64,000 nucleotides of DNA, taken from the NCBI GenBank assembly GCA_009602725.1, contig WELB01000001.1, positions 1,334,660 to 1,398,659 on the forward strand. The letters run 5' to 3'. The translations under genes and the position numbers were made by a program. Under the pieces are notes generated by a model. The model worked only from the letters and a program-made list of their open reading frames with translations. It searched no databases and was not told where the DNA came from. Below are positions 36,237 through 47,600 of this stretch, one piece after another. The stretch is from Spirogloea muscicola (Eukaryota). Position 1 is the stretch's first letter, and each line of letters starts with the position of its first letter.

Positions 36237-36600
36237 ATGTCGTCGCTCCTGCGGCCGCTGCTGCGCACCATCCCGCCGGCTATGCGCCCGCAATACGAGG
36301 ACGTCAGCGGCGCCGTGCTGTGGGGCACCACCGCCGCCGTCGGCGCCCTGTGGCTCGTCCAGGTGAGGGCTTAGGTTTGAATTCCTTTCCCACTGCGCCT
36401 TCCCGGAGCGCGTGCGGGTCTCCAGGGCCGGGCGCCCGACGAGGTCTGACTTACCAAAGGCCCATTGCTTCGGGCGCCATTGCGCCGCTGGAGCTCACAA
36501 CGCTGCTGCTGTGCTGCGTCGCCCGCAGCCCTTTGGGTGGATCAAGGACCAGATCTACCCACCAAAGGAGGACGACGCGGCGAAGAAGGATGACTCCTGA
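36237..36600 (+). CDS. QCR10: Cytochrome bc1 complex subunit 10 (QCR10/UQCR11-like), 2 exons (36237-36362, 36529-36600)
   Basis: MSSLLRPLLRTIPPAMRPQYEDVSGAVLWGTTAAVGALWLVQ|PFGWIKDQIYPPKEDDAAKKDDS; the plant motif WG.AA..GA.W.VQPFGWIK is present. Confidence 0.9.
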
Positions 36601-37333
36601 CGGGGCGCGGCAGCAGCAGTGTGGAGCTCGCTGCTGATGCAGACCCTGCTAGGTCTTCACCCTGTGCCTGACTTGCAGCCATACCTAGCTCGACGACCTT
36701 GCGAGGACAGCCATAAGCAGGAACTGCTCGTGAACATTGAGTCCACAGCAGAATGACGCCCGTGGCAAAAGGCTGCCCACAAGGAAGCCCACATACTGCT
36801 GTGACCAAAGTGAATGTCGTGCAGCTGGTACTAACTACGGGTTGTGAGACTAAGCTGCTGTCTTTTTAGATGTGCCTTGCACATTGAATTGAGAAGGTGC
36901 TTTCAGTGAGCCTGAGGAGCTCAATGTCTCAGGCTGTGCATGTCAGGCGCTCAACCAACCAATTGAATTGTACACTAAGGTTAATTACCATCGTTGTCCC
37001 TGTAGCCATACACGAAGCTTCATCAGGGCCACCCGCATGGTTACGAATGGAGAGGCTTGCAGTTGTCCATACACCCTTCGAATTTGATACCGAGCAATGC
37101 ACCTGCTGCACTCTGCTCGGCAGACCAGGGTAATCTGCTTTCTAACCAGGGTGATAAGGGGCCAGGACGGCTACTAAAGGAAGTACTTTGGATTTATGCC
37201 GCCCTAATCACTGTAGGAGGTGATCACTACAAACGTCTCTTGAGCAGTTGGATGGCCAACATCAAATTGCATGTCGGATGTCTGCAAAAGGGGGAGAGGG
37301 CAAAGGCAAGCAGGGCATGGATGCCAGAGCATT

Positions 37334-38196
37334 TTACCAGCCCCAGGAACCTGGGGCACCCTTAACAGGACCAACAATGTCAGAGGTGACCCAGCCACCG
37401 TAGAACCCGCCTGGTTGCGGCTGTGCCTTCTCATCTCCAACATAGCAAGCATCCATGGGGCTTGCATAAAATGCAATGTAGCCCTGCATGGGCTTGTACG
37501 AAGAAGTGATGCTCTCGTAGCTCCAGCCAACTTTAGGAGCTGATTTATCCCCTACCTATGTGCAGCAGTCAGCACAACTGTCAATTAGTACTAGCCATTT
37601 TCAGCTTAGAGTGCTATGAGATTGTTGACGGAGCTATAGGGAAGGATTTGCCTGTCTGTACAGCCTTGCTGAAAACGTGCCTCAAGGGATCTGAGGACTT
37701 ACCTTCACAGTCCAATAAGTTGCGTTGCCCTTCCACTCACAGAATGAGCTACCTGCTGCCTTGGTTACGCATTTCATCTGAATGTCTTTGGGAGGTAGGT
37801 AGTACACAGGGGGGTGGCTTGTCTCCAGAATTCTGTGGTGACCCACACAGGCAAGTGGCAAGTTGTTAGGATTTTCACAAGGACATGCCTGAATGTACGG
37901 AAGCAGAAGGCAGTGACCTCCTCAACTCAGATTGTCCAGAGAACAGCAGCTGATTTCGTCTTTGAGAAGATCTAGCGTCCTGGTACGAAGAGAGTGACAG
38001 CAGAGCAGCAGGTTACCCAGGTTCGCAATTATCCAATTCTTCAAGCTTGCCTGAAGGCCTCAGTTGTGTCTGCTATAGTCTCGCCATTGAAGATAATTCT
38101 TATGCGCTTGTCGACCCTCTCCATGCGGGGCGGCCGAGGGTAGTCCCACACAGACTCCTGGCCTGGCTTCGGCTCGACGCGCTGAACTGGCGCCAT
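37334..38196 (-). CDS. DUF427 (NTP_transf_9-like) protein of bacterial/cyanobacterial type, 3 exons
   Basis: MAPVQRVEPKPGQESVWDYPRPPRMERVDKRIRIIFNGETIADTTEAFR|ILETSHPPVYYLPPKDIQMKCVTKAAGSSFCEWKGNATYWTVK|VGDKSAPKVGWSY...YIAFYASPMDACYVGDEKAQPQPGGFYGGWVTSDIVGPVKGAPGSWGW*. The first intron appears to use a GC donor (AG|GCAAG). Confidence 0.9.
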
Positions 38197-38398
38197 GGCC
38201 GCGGCCACGCTCAGCCGCCTTGGCGTAACGTGGAGATGTAAGGACCTTGTAAGTGGTCTGGCACAGTCATAGTCCGAACAAGGACCAATCACGCACATGT
38301 CACGAGAGCGTATATGAGCAGAGATCTAGGACCAGCTAATTCTTAAGTGAGACTCTAATGCAGCAGTACATTTTGCAAACCCACCGTCGTCGGAAGCG

Positions 38399-38443
38399 TG
38401 TTGAGCTGCAGCATGTTGAGCTGCAGCATGTTGAGCTGCAGCT
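38399..38443 (+). repeat. 15-bp tandem repeat x3 (TGTTGAGCTGCAGCA)
   Basis: Read directly, upstream of the DUF427 gene. Confidence 0.85.
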
Positions 38444-39382
38444 ACTCTCGTTGGCTTGGCCTTCAAGGGCGGCGGTTCGATTGCAACTCAGTCGGCTGTT
38501 CAGAAGCAGAGAGCCGTCGGCACGAGTCGGGAGGTCCGTACCTCTTGGTGCTGAGGAGCAAGCCACCGGCCCCAGGCCTGCGAGACAGGCCCGACAGAGC
38601 GAGCTCTGCAGCTACCCGACGGGCCTTGGCAGCTGCAGCAGCTGTGGAGCAGCCGAGCCCGACGGGCGATGAGGTGGGATAAAGGACGCGGGCTGCGGCC
38701 GGGAGTGCCAGCATGCTCGCCAGCGCGGGGCCGCGGCGGCGGGCGTGGCGGTGGCGGCGGCGCAAGTGAAGGGGAAGAAACGGCGATCAGGCGTTGTGAA
38801 GTATCTGCACATGTATGTGAGGCCTTCTTCACGGAAGAACGAGAGAGGAACTTGCTCTTCCAATGCAAGGCCCCCTTAGCCAACTCATTACACCGTTACC
38901 AGGACATTTGTAAGGCTAGAATTGGCCTCTCTCACAAGTTCATGCGCACCGCGCGCCTGCTTCCAATCCGAGGCAGTGGCAAGAGGGAAGGCTCGCGACG
39001 CGCACGAAGCGAAGAGGCCAAATCAAGCCAACACACTGTTCAGGCAAGCAAGCGAAGCAGCTTCGCGAGAATTGAGCAGCTTCGCGAAGCAGCTCTGCAA
39101 AGGAAGCGAGGCAATGGCCAGCCCACAGAATAGAAGCCCAACAACGATACGGCTAGGCGGCCAGGCGGCGCCCCAAGGGGGACGTGGCCTCGGTTGGGGC
39201 CATCTAACAGTGGCGCCCGCGCACTTGGCACGGCCCAGTGAAAGTGGCTCTTCCAAAAGGGGCAACGTACAAGGCCACCGAAGAGGAGGCCTTTTGACGG
39301 TGTTTTTTTGTGACGGTGGCCGAGAACGTGCGGTACCACCACGTGTAAGTGGGTCCTGTTTGGGCTTCGTCACGTTTTGTGT

Positions 39383-39526
39383 GGGGCCGGGGCCTAGGGC
39401 CGGCCTGGCAGAAATTCTCAGCGACCCTTGCGGGCCGGTGAGGGGGTTTGGAATTAGTTTTCAACCAGCAATTGACGCGTCTCGGATAAACCTCATGAAC
39501 TGCGTCATTGCCCCAAGCGCAAAGAT
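39383..39526 (-). ncRNA. U4: U4 spliceosomal snRNA
   Basis: Minus strand ATCTTTGCGCTTGGGGCAATGACGCAGTTCATGAGGTTTATCCGAGACGCGTCAATTGCTGGTTGAAAACTAATTCCAAACCCCCTC closely matches plant U4. Sm site AATTTCTG followed by a 3' stem-loop. Confidence 0.95.
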
Positions 39527-39549
39527 GCCTTCTCTAATGTCGCCGTCGC

Positions 39550-39602
39550 TATATGTAGCGACGGGCGCCGCAAGGCTGGACGGCGCGACCGCCATGGGAT
39601 TA
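39550..39602 (-). promoter_or_regulatory. U4 promoter: USE-like ATCCCATGGCG (~-70) and TATA-like TACATATA (~-30)
   Basis: Positions and spacing match the plant Pol II snRNA USE (RTCCCACATCG) + TATA architecture; the USE match is imperfect. Confidence 0.55.
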
Positions 39603-39831
39603 ACACCGGCCGCCCACTCTTAAACCCCCTTGCTCCAAAAACGCCCGATCCCCAACCCCTCCCTCTCCCCCGCCTTCCACCGTTCCCTCCCTCCCGTCTT
39701 CCCGTCTTCAATATCAGCAGCCGCACTCTCACAGTCACTTTCCTCTCTTCCCTCTCCCTCTCCCAGACTCCCGCCCCCCCCCCGCCTCCCCTCTCTCTCC
39801 CCCTCCCTCCCTTCCTTCTTTTTTTCTCAAG

Positions 39832-40007
39832 AAGTGAGCGCTCTCTCTCATTGAGGATAGGGGCTGGACAAGCCAGCCCAAAAAAGAATGAACTAAGAAC
39901 GAGAAGGGGGCCAGAGGAAGCCAGAGGAAGCGCTAAGAAACCAAAGCACACAAAGAAAGAAAGCAGCTACAAATTACTCAGTAACCCCTGCTAAGCAGCC
40001 GCAAATC
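39832..40007 (-). mobile_element. CRE subfamily A 3' fragment, running into an N gap
   Basis: CATTGAGGATAGGGGCTGGACAAGCCAGCCC...CTCAGTAACCCCTGCTAAGC. Confidence 0.85.
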
Positions 40008-40624
40008 NNNNNNNNNNNNNNNNNNNNNNNNNNNNNNNNNNNNNNNNNNNNNNNNNNNNNNNNNNNNNNNNNNNNNNNNNNNNNNNNNNNNNNNNNNNNN
40101 NNNNNNNNNNNNNNNNNNNNNNNNNNNNNNNNNNNNNNNNNNNNNNNNNNNNNNNNNNNNNNNNNNNNNNNNNNNNNNNNNNNNNNNNNNNNNNNNNNNN
40201 NNNNNNNNNNNNNNNNNNNNNNNNNNNNNNNNNNNNNNNNNNNNNNNNNNNNNNNNNNNNNNNNNNNNNNNNNNNNNNNNNNNNNNNNNNNNNNNNNNNN
40301 NNNNNNNNNNNNNNNNNNNNNNNNNNNNNNNNNNNNNCCCCCCTCCCGGACCCCCTACACGCATTTCCTACACCTCCCGCTCCCCTACTTTGAGGCTGAT
40401 ATCGCTCAGGTCAGGGCGGCTGTAGATACGCCTGGCAGCTGCCGGCGTCCCACCACAGTTAACAGGCGGCTGTGCTGAAGCGATCCCCAGGAGAGAGGCT
40501 GACTGCTCGGCCTTGTCGAACCGCCACTAGCGTGTGTTCTTTCTGCCGCCGCCGCCGCCTGCCGAAGCTGGCTGCCCGGGTTGCAGCGCCGCTCCTGCGG
40601 GCCGTGTGGCGCAGGCGCCCCACC

Positions 40625-43612
40625 ATGGCAATGGCGGCCACGCGCTGGCTGCCGGCGCCCTTTGCGGCGGCAGAAGGCCGATGCATGGCGTCCTACTCCG
40701 CCTCCACCAGCGGGCTACCCAGAGCCAGCCCGCGAGCTCGCCGCGCCACCGGCCAGTGGCGGGCTGCTGCGGCTGTCCCGGTTTCCAATGGCAGCAGAGC
40801 GTCCGCTGGCACAGCCGAGACGGCAAGTGATGGGCGGCTGGTGGGGGAGAGAGGCGTTGGCGGGCGCTCGCCCAAGGCCGGCATGCCGCGCTGCCCGGGC
40901 TGCGGCGTGCTGATGCAGGACCGGCGGTCGGACGCGCCGGGCTTCTTCCAGCTCCCGGCAGTGCGGGATGTGGTTGCGGACGGTGATGGTCAGGATGGCG
41001 CTGATGACGACCTGCCCCAGGAGATGGAGGATGAGGAGGAGGACGAGGAGGAAAAGGGAGGAGATGAGGACGAGGAGGAGGGAGGAGGGAGGCGGGAGGA
41101 CGCCGGAAGGTGGGCAGCGGCTGCGACTGCTGATGTGGGCTTTGAGGATTTTGACGAGGCGGAGCTGCGGGAGGACCTGTATGGGTTTGGCCCGGCGGGC
41201 CCCGAGTACGGCCGCTGGGAGGATGCAGATGAAAGCCGGCGTGCGCACCTCTACGCATGGAGCCGGCTGTGGGACGAGGATGACAACGGCAGCGAGAGAA
41301 GGAGGCAGCAGGACGAGGCCGCCACGGAGCGGCGGCCGGCTGAGCGGCTCGTGGTGTGCGCGAGATGCCATGCCCTCCGCAATTACGGCCAGGTTAGTGA
41401 CCTTCCCCTACCCCTTACCTCCTCCTCTTCTACGTCGTCTGCCCTGTCCACATTCAGCACTCGCTCTCACGTATATTGGAGGAGATCGGAGGTTCAGCTT
41501 TGAAAATTCTAGCCTATACTTGACCATCTGGAGTGGACTCATTATGGATCAAAGCAAGCTACGGATACGGCCGTGCTTCTTGCTGTCAAGCTCTCTGTAC
41601 TTTGCAGTGATGCTTCTTGAGCCGGCAGTCTCTGCATCGTCTGTGACCGCGCAGGTGAAGGACGAGCGCATGGAGAACCTCCTTCCAGACTTTGATTTTG
41701 AGCGTGTCGTGGGTGCACGCTTACGCCGGGCCTACGCAGGGCGCCGTCGTCCAATCGTTGTACTGGTCGTGGATGCTGCTGATTTTGACGGATCATTTCC
41801 GCGGCGCGCCGCTGCCTTCTTGGCGGACGCCGCACGCGCGGGAGGCTCTGGCGATGCGGCCTCCGGCAGCTCCAGCGCCAGCTCCACCACGAACGCGCCC
41901 CGCCTGGTCGTTGTGGCGAACAAAGTTGACCTCCTTCCAAGGCAGGCATCGGCGGCACGGCTGGAGGCGTGGGTGCGCCGGCGGGCGCGTTCAGGCGGCG
42001 CTCCACCTCTCTCAGGCGCGCACTTGGTGTCGGCGCGCACAGGCGCCGGTGTCGCTGCGCTTGCGGCCTGCCTGGCGCAGCTCGCGGGCTCACGCGGAGA
42101 TGTCTGGGTGGTCGGCGCCCAGAATGCCGGCAAGTCGTCGCTCATCAACGCGCTCAGCCGATACCAGGTGAGGTGATGCAACTCTCTCCACTTGCTTTAT
42201 GCTCAGCTGGACGAAGGAGCAACCAAATTGTCATGGCCTCTTGCATCATGGAACCTCCAGTACGGGAGCTTAAGCAGCCGCTGTTCTCATGCTGCGCGGC
42301 TGAACCTTACTCCTCATTGCAGCTGGACGCCAAGTTAACACAGCTCACAGAGGCTGCGCTGCCGGGGACGACAGTGGGCATTGTGACGCTGGCTGGCGTC
42401 CTCCCATGTGGGGCACGGCTCCACGACACGCCTGGTCTGCTTCATCCGCACCAAGTCACGCTGCGGCTGCACAGGGAGGAGCAGCGTGCACTGCAGGCTC
42501 GGCGGGAGCTCCGGCCCCGCACGTTCCGCTGCAAGGTGACTGGCGCCCCCCCCGCCGAGTGCTCGTCGATTGTTGATAAGAGAGCAGCAGGAAGCTCCAT
42601 ACACTTGAGGTTGACTGTTTGAGTTCATCCTTTCCAATGTTCACTATCAGGCTGCACTTTGACAGCTGTTCGCACGCCAGGGGGGCATGCTATAGATTGT
42701 GAAGGGCGTTGGGAGTGCGTGACAACACACGCAGGTTGGTGGCACGGTGCTGGTTGCGGGACTGGTGCGTGTGGACGTCATGGAGGCGCCCGCCGAGACC
42801 GTCTACCTGACAGTGTGGGCCTCAGCCGCGCTGCCGTGCCACATGGGCCGCGCTGATCGTGCAGAGGAGGTCCTCCAGCGCCACATTGGTGGTCGGCTCC
42901 AGGTGAAGGGCCTCATGTTGCTCTGGCACCAAGGAGCTCGCCTTGGCAGCTGCTCTGCAATTGCTCCAGATTATATCGTGCAAGTGCACTGTGATTGATA
43001 TAATCCACCACCTTCGGATCATCAAGTTATAAAATAAAAATGCTTAGTAAAAGCTTACATTTCTGTCATGCTACGGGCTATGGGACCAGGACTCTGGGAG
43101 CCAGCTCCTAAATCTCTGTACTGTTATGTGCTTGTCTGCAGCCGCCATCAGGCGGGTCTGAGCGTGCGGCGGAGCTGGGCGCCTGGCGACCACGCACTGT
43201 GCGGGTCCCCGGGGAGAGGTGGGATGCGAGCTCCACCGACATCGCAGTCGCGGGCCTCGGGTGGGTGGCTGTGGCAGTCAAGGGCGTCACGACTCTGCGG
43301 GTGTGGACGTACGAGGGCGTGGGCGTCACGACACGCGAGGCGCTGGTGCCGGACCTCGCCGCCGTCCTCGAGCGGCCGGGCTTCAGTACGGCGCCCAGCG
43401 GCGGCGGCGGTAGTGGCCGCAGCAAGGGAAGGGCAGGCAAGGGTGGTGCGCAGTTCCGTGGTGACTCGCTGGCTGACGCCGAGGAGGAGCAGGAGCTTGG
43501 CAGCGGGGCTGACAATGGGGGACAGGAGGGAGGTCTTGGAGCAAGAACGGAGGTGGACCGCAACGACCAGGGCCATCGTAATGGTGCCCAAGCAACAGTG
43601 GCGTCACTTTGA
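40625..43612 (+). CDS. BPG2: Chloroplast YqeH-family circularly permuted GTPase BPG2, multi-exon
   Basis: Transit-peptide-like N-terminus. Zn motifs CPGCGVLMQD and VVCARCHALRNYGQ|VKD..ENLLPDFDF. VVDAADFDGSFP, G4 NKVDLLP, G1 VGAQNAGKSSLIN, PGTT, G3 DTPGLLHP, DIAVAGLGW. Confidence 0.93.
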
Positions 43613-43992
43613 AAGCAGCCATGACGCATCCAGAGCAGACCTTGCTGAGGCTCAACCTTTGAACTTTGTATACTTTTGCGTGTGCACCCTAGGCCATAAC
43701 CCCAAAAGCTTGCTCGCTTGCATGCCAGCTGTGCTCGGCGAGCATGGTCTGACATGCATTGCCCTTAGTGGTCTGGTGAGGCTCACAGGCTGGTGCATTT
43801 GTGTGAGGTTTCCCATTGACTTGCGCTGCGAGACCTGTCTGCCTCGTACGGCGGCCTCACCAGTGACTGCTGCTGGTCATGAGCGTCACGGCAGCAGCGA
43901 GCTGCCGAATGTGGCAGCGCTGGGCGAGGCCGGGGAGCTGAGACGTGGACGGCTGCCGTCTCCGATCGCAGACAGACTGGCTCGCCTTGAGA

Positions 43993-44350
43993 GAAGAGAA
44001 AGTGCTCGCCCATTGAGGATAGGGGCTGGAAAAGCCAGCCCAAAAAAGAATGAACAGGGTACGAGAAAGAGGGGCTGGGAAAGCCAGCCCAGAACGAATG
44101 GACAAAGCAAGTGCTCGCCCATTGAGAATAGGGGCTGGAAAAGCCAGCCCAAAAAAGAATGAACAGAGTACGAGAAGGGGGCCAGGGGAAGCGCTAAGAA
44201 AAACAAGCACACAAAGAATTAATGCAGCTACGTATCACTCAGTAACCCTGCTAAGCAGCCGCAGATCAGAGATGCTAGGCTCCTGGAAGTGGGTCCCCTG
44301 GCCAGAGGCAGCAGCGAGGGCTCTGCCGGCACGAAGGTGCAACGCCCGGG
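43993..44350 (-). mobile_element. Three stacked CRE 3'-end fragments (mainly subfamily A)
   Basis: Three GGGCTGG..CCAGCCC hairpins within ~130 bp, then the A UTR and the ORF end ASLICGCLAG/RLLSR. Confidence 0.88.
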
Positions 44351-44698
44351 GGCATGGACAGCCCTTCGCCCCCATTGGGAGAGCCACGCTTTCCCCAACG
44401 GGGACTGGCTCCGGGGGCCTGGCGGGCGCGAGCCAGTCACGTTGGAGGAGAAATGGCGGGAGACGGTGCAGGCGAACGGTGGCAAGCGGCAGAGCAGGTA
44501 GCTTCTGCGAAGGGGCCTGGAAGTCTCACGCCCCGCAATCGCCCCGAAAGTGCCGACGTGGAAAGGTCTGCCGAGGAAGCCAGAGGGCAGCCGTGGCCAC
44601 CCGCGGCTCTCGCGTCGACGCCGCCTCCCCGCAGGCGGCGGCGGCGGCGGCTGCGGCGGCGGCGGGGATGCTAGCTGCAGGCAAGCCGGGCCCGCCAC

Positions 44699-47600
44699 AT
44701 GGCAGGGCGACGGCCGGCTCTGCGACGGGCGGTGGTGGCGGTGGGCTGCCTCGGCGAGGCTCCGGTCCTCTGCAGCAGCCGCCACAGCCGCAGCAGCCGC
44801 AGCTGCCGNCGCGGCGCTGCGGGGATCGCGGCGAGCACCGAGCCGAGGAGCTCGCCGTGGTGGGCCTGGCGAGGCCGGCGCGGTGGCGCCGCCGCCAGCT
44901 CCACCGTCAGCTCTGCCGTCGCCGCCGCCGGCTCCCCCGGCCGCGACGGCGGCGCCGGCGACGGCGCGAAGCCCAAGGCCAAGGCGGTGCGCTTCTGGCA
45001 GCTGTTCCGTTACGCCGACCGGCTGGACCTGGGCCTCATGGTGCTCGGCACCGCCGGCGCGGTCGTCAACGGCGCCGCCATGCCGCTGCTGGCGCTGCTG
45101 CTCGGCCAGCTGATCAACGCCTTCGGCCACAACACCGCCGCGCCGTCAAGTGTCTCGCTGCACCACCTCGTGGACGAAGTCACCACGGTCGGGTCCTCCG
45201 CTTCCACAATTGCCGCCAGTGGAGGTCGCGGGTTCAAACCCCGTCTTCCTCGTCCTTGTAGCCTTGGCATCGCTGGACCTTGCTGGGCATCCACGCCCAT
45301 AATTGACGTGAGAGCGAGCAGTCCGTGCGGATTGCCCCGCGCTGACGCCGCCGCCAGCCTGCAGGTGGCGCTGCGCTTTGTGTACGTGGCTGTGGGAGCT
45401 GCCATTGCCGCTTACCTTGGTCTGACATCCTTCACCCAGCCTGTTCTTTCACGTGTGCCCCTCATCGAGAACGTCCCGCCATCCCTGCAGCACTCATGTC
45501 AGGCTCTGTGGCCAGGCTGACAGCACAGGCAGCATAGACTTGAATATGCTTACAGCTGTCATTCTGGCCTCCTGCGTTGTCTGCAGAGGTGGCATGCTGG
45601 ATGCTGGCGGGCGAGCGCTTGTCAGCACGAATACGAGCTCTGTACTTGCAGGCTATTCTGCGGCAGGATGTGGCGTTCTTTGACAAGGAGACGAGCACAG
45701 GCGAGGTGGTGGGCCGCATGTCTGGTGACACCATTCTCATCCAGGAGGCCACGGGCGAGAAGGTGTGTCTTGCTGCGATTCGGAGGTCTGCTTGACTTGG
45801 CATACATTTGGTGCTCTGTGGCCTCGACAGGGGTCGCCCATCTCCACGGGCGTGATGTGCACCGCCAGGCTGGCGGCCTTAAGGGGTCAGCCAAGTTGCT
45901 GGCACTAATTGCTACTTTGCAAGGATCGCAGGTTGGGTTGTGTATAAGGCTCATGGCGACCTTCCTGGCGGGCTTCGTCGTGGCGTTCGTGCGGGGTTGG
46001 GAGCTCACGCTTGTCATGCTGGCTGTCCTGCCGGTGCTGGCCGTTTGTGGCGGCTTTATTGGCAGCCGCATCGCCAAATTTGCAACCGCTTCAAGCGACG
46101 CGTATGCCGAGGCCGGGTCAGTCGTGGAGCAGGCCATTGGCGGGATCCGTACGGTAGACCCTCCTTGATCTCTGCCACAGCTAAGAGCCAGCAGCACAGG
46201 GGATGCGACTGGCAAGACAGACGTGCTGACTGGCTAACAGCCGCCGCCGGGGTCGACGCCTGTGCCAGGTCGTCTCATTCGTGGGCGAGAGCCGGGCGGT
46301 GGCGCAGTATGAGCATGGCTTGGGACGTGCGTATGCAGTCGGCGTCAAGAGCGGGCTGGCTACCGGTCTGGGCATCGGATGTGCGCTTTTCGTCATGTTC
46401 TCGGCGTATGGCCTGGCCATGTGGTATGGCTCGCTGCTTGTGACGCGGGGCGCCACAGTGGTCGATGGCTTCATCATCGCTGCGGGCGCCTACAACGGCG
46501 GCCAGGTCCTTAGTGTCCTCTTCTCCGTCATAATTGGCGGCATGTGAGTGCTGGACCTGCTAATCATGGTCAATAAAGCTTGGCGGTAGCGCGCAATAGC
46601 TCTGCAGTATTCTGACTACACTGGAGCCTGCATAGCTGTTTGCTCTTTCATTTGGTCAGATGATGTGATTGGAGTCCCAGTTGTGCTTCTTACTGCAGGT
46701 CCTTGGGGCAGGCGTCACCAAGCTTGGCGGCATTCGCAGCAGGCCAAGTTGCCGCTCACAAGATGTACGCTGTGATTGACCGGAAGCCGCCTATTGATGT
46801 GGAGGATGAGAGCGGCTTGACTCCTCCAGACATGGCTGGTGCTATCGAGCTACGCAATGTGCGGTTTGCCTACCCCACGCGCAAGGACGTGGCAGTATTC
46901 TCAGACTTCTGCCTCTGCATTCCCGCAGGTGTGGCCAACTTTTTGCTACCTCATCGCAGAAAGTGCAGTTGACGTCCGACTGTATATCTTTAGGCTCTGA
47001 TAGGTCTTCGGTCATCGATTGTGCTGACCCAAGACTTGCTGTTGCTAAGCAGGCAAGACTCTGGCACTGGTTGGCGAGAGTGGCTCCGGCAAGTCCACGG
47101 TGGTGGCGCTGCTGGAGCGCTTCTACGACCCGCAGGACGGCCAGGTGCTGATTGACGGCGTCGACATCCGGCGACTGCAGCTGCGCTGGCTACGGCGGCA
47201 CCTGGCGCTTGTCAGCCAAGAGCCGGTGCTCTTTGGGACATCCATCCGTGAGAACATCGCCTATGGCAAGCCTGACGCAACAGATGCAGAGATTGCCGAG
47301 GCTGCCAAGATGGCCAACGTCCACAAGTTCGTCTCCTCCCTCCCACAAGTGAGCCTGCTGCACCCCTCTCATGTCATCTCACAGGCAGCCGTCTCGTTAC
47401 ACTTGAGCCTCTCTGTGAAGGGGGCTTCTGCTACCAGTATTGCCTTCTACGAGCTGTCCATGTCCGAGTTCGTTGTGGAATGCGTCGTTATAAAGCTCCA
47501 TGCTGCATGTTACCGTTGGTCAATTTCTGGCTTACTCAGTAGACTCGTCTTTGTTGAAGCATGAGACAAGCTTGAAAATGTATGTGCTTGCCCCTGCTCG

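Noticed and set aside
40715..42181. Long antisense or alternate-frame ORFs over BPG2, NRPS, ABCB and the CRE element
   Set aside because: Shadow ORFs of GC-rich coding sequence.
43993..44160. Stacked hairpin repeats resembling a CRISPR or REP array
   Set aside because: Spacing is irregular, the units are retrotransposon 3' ends contiguous with RLE ORF ends, there are no cas genes, and the context is eukaryotic.
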